Source of the DNA: Candidatus Nanoarchaeia archaeon
Lineage (GTDB): Archaea; Nanobdellota; Nanobdellia; CSSed11-243R1
Direction of reading: 5' to 3'
NCBI GenBank assembly: GCA_028713895.1
Contig: JAQTNH010000001.1
Span: forward strand, 438,610-502,609
Length of the DNA: 64,000 nt
The notes beneath the pieces were generated by a model that did not search any database, had not been told where the DNA came from, and worked only from the letters and a program-made list of their open reading frames with translations. Position 1 is the first letter of the stretch. The number at the start of each line of letters is the position of its first letter. The translations under genes and the position numbers were made by a program. This document shows, one piece after another, positions 53,723-61,701 of the stretch.

Positions 53723-53953
53723 CTAAAAAATTTCTTCCAAAACTTTTTTCTGAAAAATAAAAATGTATTTAAGCAAGAAACGATTTAGTATTAACATCAA
53801 ACAGAAAAAAAATCATGTTCAACTTCAAAAAAAGTTGGAGGGAATGACTAAAATGGCAAAAAAACATGCAAAGAAAAAATCACACAAGAAGTGATGATTT
53901 AATTCAGAAGAAAAAAGAGTGCGTGGTTTTCGGTGTTCTTGCGCCCCTTTTCT

Positions 53954-54892
53954 TCACATTTTTATAATCTTTACAAATTCTCCGATGTTCTTTGAAACAA
54001 AATCACGCGTTTTCTTGCTGAGCTCGTTTGAAACAAAAATTATGCCTGGTTTTTTAAGATGCAGGCACTCCGTGTAAAAAGTTGAAATGTCGCTCTCCGC
54101 AACATTCGCTTTTCCCGAAATTTTGACAAGCAAGTTTTGGGAACCCAATGCGGTTGGAAGGCTTGCTTCGTGGATTGTTTCGCCTTTTTTCCCTTTTGTT
54201 GAAATAATCTCAATCTTTTTTTCTTTCAAATATTCATGAACCTTCCTTTCAAATTCTGAGTCCTGCTTTGGAGCATGTTCCTTGCGAACGCGCTTTGGTT
54301 TGGGAACTTCAACAGTTTCCTGTTTTGGAGGTTCGGAAAATATTGACAGGGGCTTCATTTCCTCGACAGCCTGGGACTGTTGAGCTGTCGGTTGTAGTGT
54401 CTGCTGGACCTCGAGCTGGGTAAGTTCCTGCTTTGGCTCGGTTTTGTGGAGCTTGCTGCTGATTATGCTGTTAAGCTCGTCCTGAGAAACCGAGTAATGC
54501 TTCCATAGCTTCAGCTCCTGTCCGTCGGAATTTATTGTAAGAGCTTCAACAAAATCTTTTAGCTCGCTGACAAGGAAACGCTCCTGGGGATACAATTCTT
54601 CAGTGAATGCGACTTTCAAGTCTCTTATGCGCTCGAGAGCTTTCTTCTCAAGCTCATTAAGCTCCTTGTGAAGGCGCTCACGCACTTTGTTTTCCTGTCC
54701 AGGAACGTAGTATAACGGGGAAGAGCCGATTCGTCTGAAAGACAGCTTAAGGTGCCCGTTTTGTACGAGACCTGAAAGGATTGCTGAAGCAAGATAAATT
54801 TCAGTATTCAGCTGCTTTGCTACTACATTTGGAAGAGTAGGGCCTGACATGCGTACAAGCTGCATTATTTTTTCTTCTTTCTCGTTCAACAT
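53954..54892 (-). CDS. Winged-helix DNA-binding protein with an uncharacterised C-terminal domain
   Basis: The N-terminus KIMQLVRMSGPTLPNVVAKQLNTEIYLASAILSGLVQNGHLKLSFRRIGSSPLYYVPGQE is wHTH-like. The middle is a Q/E/P-rich linker. Confidence 0.5.
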   Translation of the reverse strand: MLNEKEEKIMQLVRMSGPTLPNVVAKQLNTEIYLASAILSGLVQNGHLKLSFRRIGSSPLYYVPGQENKVRERLHKELNELEKKALERIRDLKVAFTEELYPQERFLVSELKDFVEALTINSDGQELKLWKHYSVSQDELNSIISSKLHKTEPKQELTQLEVQQTLQPTAQQSQAVEEMKPLSIFSEPPKQETVEVPKPKRVRKEHAPKQDSEFERKVHEYLKEKKIEIISTKGKKGETIHEASLPTALGSQNLLVKISGKANVAESDISTFYTECLHLKKPGIIFVSNELSKKTRDFVSKNIGEFVKIIKM

Positions 54893-54923
54893 ACTTAAAT
54901 AGAGGTATTACTTGTATATAAAA

Positions 54924-55469
54924 ATGATAACTGAAAGCGATGCCGAATTCCTTTTTAAAGCAGCGCGGGCAGCCATAAAAGGGGAGAAATTCAACAATAA
55001 ATTCCCGGAGTCTCTTGATGAGCGGACAGGCATTTTTGTCACTCTTTACACTTATCCAAACAAGGAACTGCGCGGATGCATCGGATTCCCAGAGCCGATG
55101 CACAGCCTGATAACTGGAGTACGGGAAGCTGCAAAAGCGGCTGCATACGATGACTACAGATTTGAGCCGCTGCGTCCGGAAGAATTCAACCATATAATCC
55201 TTGAGATATCAATTCTCACAAAACCGCTTCCATGCAAGCTTGATGACATTGAAGAAGGAGACGGCGTAATACTCCACAAAAACTCAAAGAGCGCATTATT
55301 CCTTCCGCAGGTTTGGGAACATTTTTCAGGGAAAGAAGAATTTTTAGACCAATTGTGCCTGAAAGCAGGATTAAATGTCGGAGACTGGAAAGACGCGAAA
55401 TTCATGAAATTCAGCGTTGTTTCTTTTGAAGAAACCGAACCTAACGGGAAATTAAAGCAGATTTTGTGA
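54924..55469 (+). CDS. AMMECR1-domain protein
   Basis: ELRGCIGFPEP is the AMMECR1 hallmark (LRGCIG). TATA tatataaaaa lies immediately upstream, so the start looks leaderless. Confidence 0.85.
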   Translation: MITESDAEFLFKAARAAIKGEKFNNKFPESLDERTGIFVTLYTYPNKELRGCIGFPEPMHSLITGVREAAKAAAYDDYRFEPLRPEEFNHIILEISILTKPLPCKLDDIEEGDGVILHKNSKSALFLPQVWEHFSGKEEFLDQLCLKAGLNVGDWKDAKFMKFSVVSFEETEPNGKLKQIL

Positions 55470-56144
55470 TTTCTTTTTGTCAGGCGATTCCTCTTTGTAT
55501 TCAGCCTCAACAATACTCTTTATTTTATGTGCCTTAAGCTTCCCGATTTTTTCAACTTCCTGGAGTCCCTTGACATCTGCGTTGACAATGTTTTTTATTG
55601 TCTTGAAATGCTTCAGAAGGTTCTGCGCGATTCCCTGCCCGATCCCAGGAAAGCTTGTGACAATATATTCCTGGAGATATCTGTCGCTCTGCGGCTTTTT
55701 CTCACCGTGTAAACTTATGCTGACTTTCTTGTCAATCTGCTCTCGCTGCGCAATAAGAAACAGGAACATTGCAGTTTCGTGCTCGCAGGTTGTGTATATT
55801 ATAGGTATACGGAAGTCAATTGCCAGAGCAGCGATTGCGCCGCGGATTGCATTCGGATGCATCATGCGCTTTTCATAAATGTCCTCGTTGCCCTCCACAA
55901 TCATTATTGGGCGCTCGAACTGGGAAACAAGGTTCTGAATCTGTACGAACAACCTGCCGTCAATGATGCTCTGGAGAAAATCAGAGACGCTCTTGCGCTC
56001 GGCTACAACACGCTCGGAAAGTATGAAATCTCCAACAGGCAGCATTGAATTCTCTATCTTTGCGCCCATGTCAAAGAGGCTCTTTACAACAGTGGTGCGA
56101 AGCTCGCGCGTATCCGCAATTATTTTTACAGTTTCGTCTGCCAT
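55452..56144 (-). CDS. XPF/Hef-type ERCC4 nuclease with a C-terminal (HhH)2
   Basis: IIADTRELRTT...LPVGDFILSERVVAERKSVSDFLQSIIDGRLFVQ is the ERCC4 motif. FPGIGQGIAQNLLKHF...LQEVEKIGKLKAHKI is the HhH. Confidence 0.85.
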   Translation of the reverse strand: MADETVKIIADTRELRTTVVKSLFDMGAKIENSMLPVGDFILSERVVAERKSVSDFLQSIIDGRLFVQIQNLVSQFERPIMIVEGNEDIYEKRMMHPNAIRGAIAALAIDFRIPIIYTTCEHETAMFLFLIAQREQIDKKVSISLHGEKKPQSDRYLQEYIVTSFPGIGQGIAQNLLKHFKTIKNIVNADVKGLQEVEKIGKLKAHKIKSIVEAEYKEESPDKKKSQNLL

Positions 56145-57637
56145 GTCACACCCTCTTTTTTAATGTCTTCAAGAGCTTTTTTCATTTTATTCCGCTTGTG
56201 GAACGAGACCCAGTAATACTTTTCGTCTATTGTATCCTGCGTAATCAGGACAAACACTGTGCCTATATGGGTTCTGCCTATCCTTCCCTCGCGCTGTATG
56301 CTTCGAAGCGTTGATGGAACTGGCTCGAAAAATATCCCCAAGTCAGCGTTCTCAACATGGAGCCCCTCTTCAGCAATGCAGGTTGCAACAAGCGTGTTGT
56401 AAACTCCTGCCTTGAAATCATTTATTGTCTGCAGCTGCTCCTTTTGTGACATCCCGGATTTTTGCCCTATGAATTTTACAGGTTTGATGCCTGGAATATT
56501 TGACAGATGCTCAACAATTTTGTCTGCTGTGTTGCGGTACTGGGTAAAAATAATGATGCGCTTGTTCGGAGCTGTGTATCCCCTGATAAGTTCGACAAGC
56601 TTTGCGAACTTTGGATGCTCGATTCCTTTTGATTCCATCTCGTAAATCCGCTTCATGGCTTCGCGAAAGTCTGTGTCCTCCATAAGGGACTGGGCAGCCT
56701 TTACTTTGAGGGCCTGAATCTTGAGGCTGTCAAGAAAGACACGAAGGGGCTGGATCCCCTGGGTTTGCAGCAGTTCAAGGCAGTGCATCACTTTTATTGC
56801 AGCCGCGATTGTAGAGATATTCTTCATAAGAAACCAGTTGCCTTTTGCCTGGCGCACAAAGCTTCCCTGCATCATGAGCAATTGCCTCTTGCGGACTTTG
56901 TCAATGTCCTCGCTCTGCAACACTTTGTTCTCCTTGAGAATATGAAGCCTGCTCTTGAGGCTGCGTTCAAGCATCTGCTTGACTTCTTTTATCTCCTCGG
57001 GCAGCTCAATCATTATGCGCTTGACTTCCTTTTCCTGCACGTACTCAGCAACATCCTCGCTTGTTTCATCGCGGACCTCGACTTCCTCAATGAACAGATT
57101 TGTGCAGATTTGCTTAATTTCTGCCTTGCTTGTGCCGGGCGAGGCTGTCAAAGCAAGAATGCGCTGGTGCCTTGCTTTTTCAGCATAATGCTTTGCGAGA
57201 AAAACATAGTCATAGTCCCCGACTGCGCGGTGCGCTTCATCAATGACAAGAAGGGAAATATCATCGAGCTTCAGCTTTCCGCTGATTAAATCATTGGCAA
57301 GAGTCTGCGGAGTCGCGAAAATAAATCTCTTTTTGTAGAGCTCCTCGCGCTCAGAGGGCTTGACAAGCCCTGTGACAAGAGCGAACTCCGATTCTTTCAG
57401 CTCTGGGAGATGGTGCTGAAACGTGTGAAGATGCTGGTCGCACAATGGCTTGGTTGGCGCAGAGAAAATAATTCGCGATTCTGGAAACTGCTTCAGGCGG
57501 TGGATTGCGAGCATGAGCGCGATTGCTGTCTTGCCCAAGCCTGTCGGCAGAATCGCAAGGACATTTTTCTGCGTAGCTGTGCTGAATATCTGCTCCTGGT
57601 ATAATCGCGGCTGAAGATTTGTGAGTTCCATGAACAT
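56126..57637 (-). CDS. Hef-type DEAH helicase encoded as a separate ORF
   Basis: PRLYQEQIF...ILPTGLGKT (motif I), LLVIDEAHR (motif II), LTASPG, and QREGRIGR (motif VI). The ATG at 57637 overlaps the upstream stop (TAATG). The 3' end overlaps the nuclease ORF by 19 nt in another frame. Confidence 0.85.
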   Translation of the reverse strand: MFMELTNLQPRLYQEQIFSTATQKNVLAILPTGLGKTAIALMLAIHRLKQFPESRIIFSAPTKPLCDQHLHTFQHHLPELKESEFALVTGLVKPSEREELYKKRFIFATPQTLANDLISGKLKLDDISLLVIDEAHRAVGDYDYVFLAKHYAEKARHQRILALTASPGTSKAEIKQICTNLFIEEVEVRDETSEDVAEYVQEKEVKRIMIELPEEIKEVKQMLERSLKSRLHILKENKVLQSEDIDKVRKRQLLMMQGSFVRQAKGNWFLMKNISTIAAAIKVMHCLELLQTQGIQPLRVFLDSLKIQALKVKAAQSLMEDTDFREAMKRIYEMESKGIEHPKFAKLVELIRGYTAPNKRIIIFTQYRNTADKIVEHLSNIPGIKPVKFIGQKSGMSQKEQLQTINDFKAGVYNTLVATCIAEEGLHVENADLGIFFEPVPSTLRSIQREGRIGRTHIGTVFVLITQDTIDEKYYWVSFHKRNKMKKALEDIKKEGVTWQTKL

Positions 57638-57792
57638 TAACCCTTTCCCAGCATGCCGAAAAGTATTGACAGTATCATATACCCAAAAAGCATCCAGCCA
57701 ACATAGGATGCCGCGCATAATATGCTTCCTGTAAACGCAACACCCAGTAGGAATATTATGATTGCAAGCACCAAAATTAACAATTTTCCCAT
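57637..57792 (-). CDS. 51-aa two-helix membrane peptide (below the ORF-track cutoff)
   Basis: My translation is MGKLLILVLAIIIFLLGVAFTGSILCAASYVGWMLFGYMILSILFGMLGKG. Its stop is coupled to the helicase start. Confidence 0.4.
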   Translation of the reverse strand: MGKLLILVLAIIIFLLGVAFTGSILCAASYVGWMLFGYMILSILFGMLGKG

Positions 57793-57811
57793 GTTATCAC
57801 AAAAATAAAAG

Positions 57812-57968
57812 TGCGGAGGAAGGGATTTGAACCCCCGAAGGCACTAAGCCACAAGATATCGAAACTTTTGGCTGGCATTCAGATGCCGGCTGGTCAAGTT
57901 CTTGAGTTTGGCATTCTCCTGACTTTCATCAAGAAATCTTGCCCGTTTGACCGCTCCGGAACCTCCGC
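57812..57968 (-). tRNA. Type II tRNA, probably tRNA-Leu (CAA), with two intervening sequences
   Basis: In the reverse complement, removing 57936-57907 (30 nt) and 57900-57858 (43 nt) gives an 84-nt tRNA: GCGGAGG-TT-CCG-GAGCGGTCAAA-CGG-G-CAAGA-CTCAAGA-TCTTG-TGGCTTAGTGCCTTC-GGGGG-TTCAAAT-CCCTT-CCTCCGC-A. The long variable arm and A73 favour Leu. Confidence 0.6.
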
Positions 57969-58022
57969 ACAATATTATAACCTAGGCTACTGATTCTTTT
58001 TAAGCGTTTTTGTAAAGAAAAA

Positions 58023-58385
58023 TTAACGCAGCTTCTCGAGCTCGCCGCGGATGTTCTCAAATTCCTGGCGCAATCCTTCGAGCGGGTCGCTGTATCTGTA
58101 CTCAACTTCCTTCGCTTTTGAGCCTGGATAATCAGGCGACTTGATTTTTATGCCCTCAGGAATTTTTGGAAGCTCCTTGATGAAAGCATTGTACTTGGTT
58201 TCAAAATCAACCATCTTGTCCGCAAGATTCTTGCGGAGCTCTTTTTTCTGGTCATTGAGCTTTTTAATGTTCAGAATCAAATGGGCATAATCTGTGTAAA
58301 GTTTTGAAAGCTTTGTCAGGGAAAGCTTAATCATATTAGAATCATTAATTTTTACATATGAAATGTCTTCGTCCCTTTTTTGCAT
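58023..58385 (-). CDS. Coiled-coil hypothetical protein
   Basis: 120 aa, heptad-rich. No family recognised. Confidence 0.4.
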   Translation of the reverse strand: MQKRDEDISYVKINDSNMIKLSLTKLSKLYTDYAHLILNIKKLNDQKKELRKNLADKMVDFETKYNAFIKELPKIPEGIKIKSPDYPGSKAKEVEYRYSDPLEGLRQEFENIRGELEKLR

Positions 58386-58402
58386 TCACAACACCTGATA
58401 TT

Positions 58403-58645
58403 TCAAGCATTTTTGTATTTAATTGGTTTGTCGTTTTCAAGATAGTATAATTTCCCTCGTCCAAGAGGAACATAACGTGCTTTTGGGGCTACATATGACT
58501 TATTAGTATGATGCCACCATTCTGGCTCGTTTTGAAATTCGTCTATGGGTCTTGCGAGTTCTTCTATTGCCATACCTTTAATCCTAGGCGCATCTTTAAG
58601 TGCCTCAGCTATTCTTTCATCCATTGTAGACTTATGTTTTTTCAT
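58403..58645 (-). CDS. Hypothetical small protein
   Basis: 80-aa ORF. No family recognised. Confidence 0.35.
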   Translation of the reverse strand: MKKHKSTMDERIAEALKDAPRIKGMAIEELARPIDEFQNEPEWWHHTNKSYVAPKARYVPLGRGKLYYLENDKPIKYKNA

Positions 58646-58688
58646 AGTTTTTGCCTATTAATTAAATGCGATTTTTATATATAAATGA

Positions 58689-58802
58689 TGGGCCTGCCCG
58701 GATTCGAACCGGGGAACTCCCGCGCGCTCAGTTTCTTTCCCAGGGCGTTCTCCTGAGAAAGGCCTTGTGAGGCGGACGTCATAACCACTAGACCACAAGC
58801 CC
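58689..58802 (-). tRNA. tRNA-Val (CAC) with a 41-nt canonical 37/38 intron
   Basis: Reverse complement: GGGCTTG-TG-GTCT-AGTGGTTA-TGAC-G-TCCGC-CTCACA|41-nt intron|C-GCGGG-AGTTC-CCCGG-TTCGAAT-CCGGG-CAGGCCC-A. The BHB central helix CTCA pairs perfectly with TGAG. Confidence 0.88.
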
Positions 58803-58854
58803 CTAAGATAAGGCAACCTATTTGGGATTTATAAAATATATAGAAACGAGGTTT

Positions 58855-59448
58855 TTAAGCCTCAGGCGATGAAAATGTTGTTTCCAGGTATCGCAAAATG
58901 TCCTCGATTTTCAGGATGACTTCTGCGGCTTCCCTGAGCTTTGAAGTCTCGTCTGTGTTGATTGCATGGATGTCGTCCAAATCTTTTTTGGCATCCTGTA
59001 CCCTTCGGTGCAGCTCATTTATTGCATCCATTACTTCCTTGTATTTGTTTATGCGGACGAAAACATGCGGCTTGTCCAATGAGAAACTTTGTTTTGGCAT
59101 TGGTGTGAAAAGGCTTCCCTGCTCAGGCATAGGCTCTTCTTCCGGAGGACGCATTGAAGCTGACATTGAAGACTCCATCTGCGGGTATCGTGAAGGCTCA
59201 GGTGTAACCATCCTGTCCAGCGGAACAAATCCTTCCCCGAAAGTTCCAGAATGTGCTGATGTCGCTATTGGCGGCATCGGAAACCCTTCAGGAGGCGGCG
59301 GAAGTTCACCCATTTGGGGTTCCGGGCTTAAATCAGGAGGCGGGCCAAATTCAGGCAGCTGTTCTGCGCCAAACGGCTGGTCCAGTACCGATGCCTTCTC
59401 TTCAGGATAATTAAGTTCCTCTTTCTTTTTGAAAAAATTAAATGCCAT
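58855..59448 (-). CDS. Proline-rich protein with a C-terminal coiled coil
   Basis: The N-terminal half is P/E-rich (GPPPDLSPEPQMGELPPPPEGFPMPP). The C-terminal roughly 70 aa are helical. Confidence 0.45.
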   Translation of the reverse strand: MAFNFFKKKEELNYPEEKASVLDQPFGAEQLPEFGPPPDLSPEPQMGELPPPPEGFPMPPIATSAHSGTFGEGFVPLDRMVTPEPSRYPQMESSMSASMRPPEEEPMPEQGSLFTPMPKQSFSLDKPHVFVRINKYKEVMDAINELHRRVQDAKKDLDDIHAINTDETSKLREAAEVILKIEDILRYLETTFSSPEA

Positions 59449-59540
59449 GTCAAACTCACCTTTAATAACTGAAATTAGTAGTGATTAATAAACTTTCTTA
59501 AATAAGAAAGGCATTTAGGCAGCTGCGTTCTTCAGAGTGT

Positions 59541-60551
59541 ATGCATCAGGCAAAATACTGGAAAAATGAAGACAGTTTTGTTAAATGCGGTTTATGCCCG
59601 AGAATATGTTCAATCGCAAGGGACAAAACAGGGTTCTGCGGAGTCCGCAGGAACATTGACAACAAGCTCTATTCGCTGGTGTATGGCAGGCCTGCTGCGA
59701 TGAACGTAGACCCCATTGAAAAAAAGCCGTTTTATCATTTTAATCCTGGCAGCAAAGTCTTTTCAATCGGGACTCTGGGCTGCAATTTCCGCTGCAAGTT
59801 CTGCATCAACTGGGACATCTCGCAGGCAAAAATAAACGAGGCTTTTGAAGAACGAACTCCCGAGGAAATTGTCCATATGGCCATGAAAACAGGCTCGCAG
59901 GGAATAGCGTACACTTATGTTGAGCCCACAATATTTTTTGAATACGCGCTGGACTGCGCAAAGCTTGCAAAGAAAAAAGGGCTTTTCAATGTTTTTGTAA
60001 CAAACGGATACTCTATGCAAAAGCCGCTCAAGGACATCAAGCCGTACCTTGACGGAGTTGTTATTGACTTCAAGGGAAACAATGAGGACTTTTACAGGGA
60101 CGCGTCAACGGCAAGCCTGAAGGAAGTGAAAAAAGGGGCGCTGCGCTATAAGCATTATACAAACGCATTTGTTGAGATAACAAACCTTGTTGTAACCGGG
60201 AAGAATGACAGCAAGGACGAGATTCTGGAGCAGGTGAAATGGATTAAAAAACACTTTGGGAAGCAGACGCCGTACCATCTGATACGCTTTTACCCGTCGC
60301 ATAAAATGACTGACATACCGCAGACGCCTGTGGAAACAATGGTAAAGCTTTACAAGCTTGCCAAGGAAGAGCTGGATTATGTTTATCTCGGGAATGTTGA
60401 CGGGACAAATTATGACAACACATTTTGCCCTAAATGCAAAGAAGTGCTGATTAAGAGAGAGATGTTTTCCTCGGAGAACACCAACTTGAGGGATGGAAAA
60501 TGCAAAAAATGCGGCTCAAAAATAAATATCTCTGGACAGGTTTACTGCTGA
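59541..60551 (+). CDS. AmmeMemoRadiSam-system radical SAM enzyme (AmrS-like)
   Basis: CGLCPRICSI...GFCGVRRN at the N-terminus, a radical-SAM cluster GCNFRCKFCINWDIS, and C-terminal CPKC...CKKCG. Confidence 0.8.
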   Translation: MHQAKYWKNEDSFVKCGLCPRICSIARDKTGFCGVRRNIDNKLYSLVYGRPAAMNVDPIEKKPFYHFNPGSKVFSIGTLGCNFRCKFCINWDISQAKINEAFEERTPEEIVHMAMKTGSQGIAYTYVEPTIFFEYALDCAKLAKKKGLFNVFVTNGYSMQKPLKDIKPYLDGVVIDFKGNNEDFYRDASTASLKEVKKGALRYKHYTNAFVEITNLVVTGKNDSKDEILEQVKWIKKHFGKQTPYHLIRFYPSHKMTDIPQTPVETMVKLYKLAKEELDYVYLGNVDGTNYDNTFCPKCKEVLIKREMFSSENTNLRDGKCKKCGSKINISGQVYC

Positions 60552-60988
60552 TTCTGTGCATGAACGCGGCAGAAGCGCTGGAGTACAACATCTCAGCGCC
60601 AGACTGGGTGGCTGCAGGGGAATGGTTTGCTGTAACTGTGACTGCAAGCTCAGATGAGAGCGTGACATTTGATGCGTATTCATATGTTTACCAAGGATTC
60701 AACTGTGTCGGGCAGGGCTGGATTGCAAACAAAAAGGAAATCTCGCTTGCAGCAGGAGAAACAAAAACATTTTCGCTGGACGACCTGGTCAAATTCGGCA
60801 CTGAAGCAGGGCTATATAATCTAAGGGTGCGGTTCAAGTTCAACGAAAGCAGCAACATAACAGAGACTTTCAGCGTAAAAGTCCTGGAAGGCGATGCTGG
60901 AATGCCGTTCAAGGAAATCTATTTATACATTGGTTTGATTGCTGTTTGTGCGATTGGAGTGTTTTTAGCGTTTAAATTTAATCGGTAA
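60509..60988 (+). CDS. Secreted protein with a C-terminal TM anchor
   Basis: Signal peptide MRLKNKYLWTGLLLILCMNAAEA. C-terminal helix IYLYIGLIAVCAIGVFLAF. It overlaps the amrS 3' end. Confidence 0.5.
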   Translation: MRLKNKYLWTGLLLILCMNAAEALEYNISAPDWVAAGEWFAVTVTASSDESVTFDAYSYVYQGFNCVGQGWIANKKEISLAAGETKTFSLDDLVKFGTEAGLYNLRVRFKFNESSNITETFSVKVLEGDAGMPFKEIYLYIGLIAVCAIGVFLAFKFNR

Positions 60989-61000
60989 TAGGGGGATATT

Positions 61001-61474
61001 ATGGCGTTTTTCAAAAATAAGGAAAAAATCAAAATCCGCGTTTTCATGGAAGTAATGGGGTGGCCAAAGGAGAACCTGACTGAACATCTCAAAAAGGTGG
61101 TTAATGTTCTTAGAGAAAATCTTAAGTGGAAGATATCAAGGGAGGACTATGCAGAGCCTGAACAGGCAAGCGAAAAGATGTACAGCACCCATGTTGAGTT
61201 CGAAGCGGAATTCAATGACATAAACCAGCTGTTTACCTTTGCAATGGCGCACGGGCCCTCTGTAATAGAGATACTTGAACCCTCAGAACTGTACCTTTCA
61301 GCAAGCGAAATGCAGGATATACTGGCAGACATGGTTTCAAAGGCGCAAAGCATGGATAAAGAGATAAAAGTACTGGCTGCCCAGAATAAGCAAATGTCAG
61401 GTTTTATCAATATGCTCGAAAAGAAGGGAATAATCAAAAAAGAGCCTCCAAATGACGAACAGAGCCCAAAATAA
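61001..61474 (+). CDS. Hypothetical protein
   Basis: 157-aa ORF with a coiled-coil tail. No family recognised. Confidence 0.4.
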   Translation: MAFFKNKEKIKIRVFMEVMGWPKENLTEHLKKVVNVLRENLKWKISREDYAEPEQASEKMYSTHVEFEAEFNDINQLFTFAMAHGPSVIEILEPSELYLSASEMQDILADMVSKAQSMDKEIKVLAAQNKQMSGFINMLEKKGIIKKEPPNDEQSPK

Positions 61475-61701
61475 GCTTTGTTTGTAACCATTAGACAGTT
61501 ACGAAACAGACTTTTGGCTGGGGAAAGCCTTAAAAGCGCTTATTTCAGCTTTTTAGTATAGTAACCTCGAAAAAATAGAGAAAGCGCGCTATCCGTACGT
61601 TCTGTGGAACGTTTACGGGTAATCACAAAAAAAGAGGTTTCGAAACCAGAATACAAAAAACAAAAAAAATATAACCTTAAAATGGAGATAGGTGAAACAA
61701 A

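Noticed and set aside
53844-53894. A 16-codon Lys-rich micro-ORF (MTKMAKKHAKKKSHKK) behind a GGAGGG Shine-Dalgarno, which might be an L41e-like ribosomal peptide.
   Set aside because: It is too short and too dissimilar to the L41e sequences I remember, and there is no supporting context. It would need Ribo-seq or conservation evidence.
58023-59448. Possible homology between the two coiled-coil proteins flanking tRNA-Val (shared V-x-IN followed by a helical region), considered as a CdvA/SepF-like division pair.
   Set aside because: The similarity is limited to a few residues plus coiled-coil character. No diagnostic motif of CdvA, SepF or ESCRT-III could be identified.
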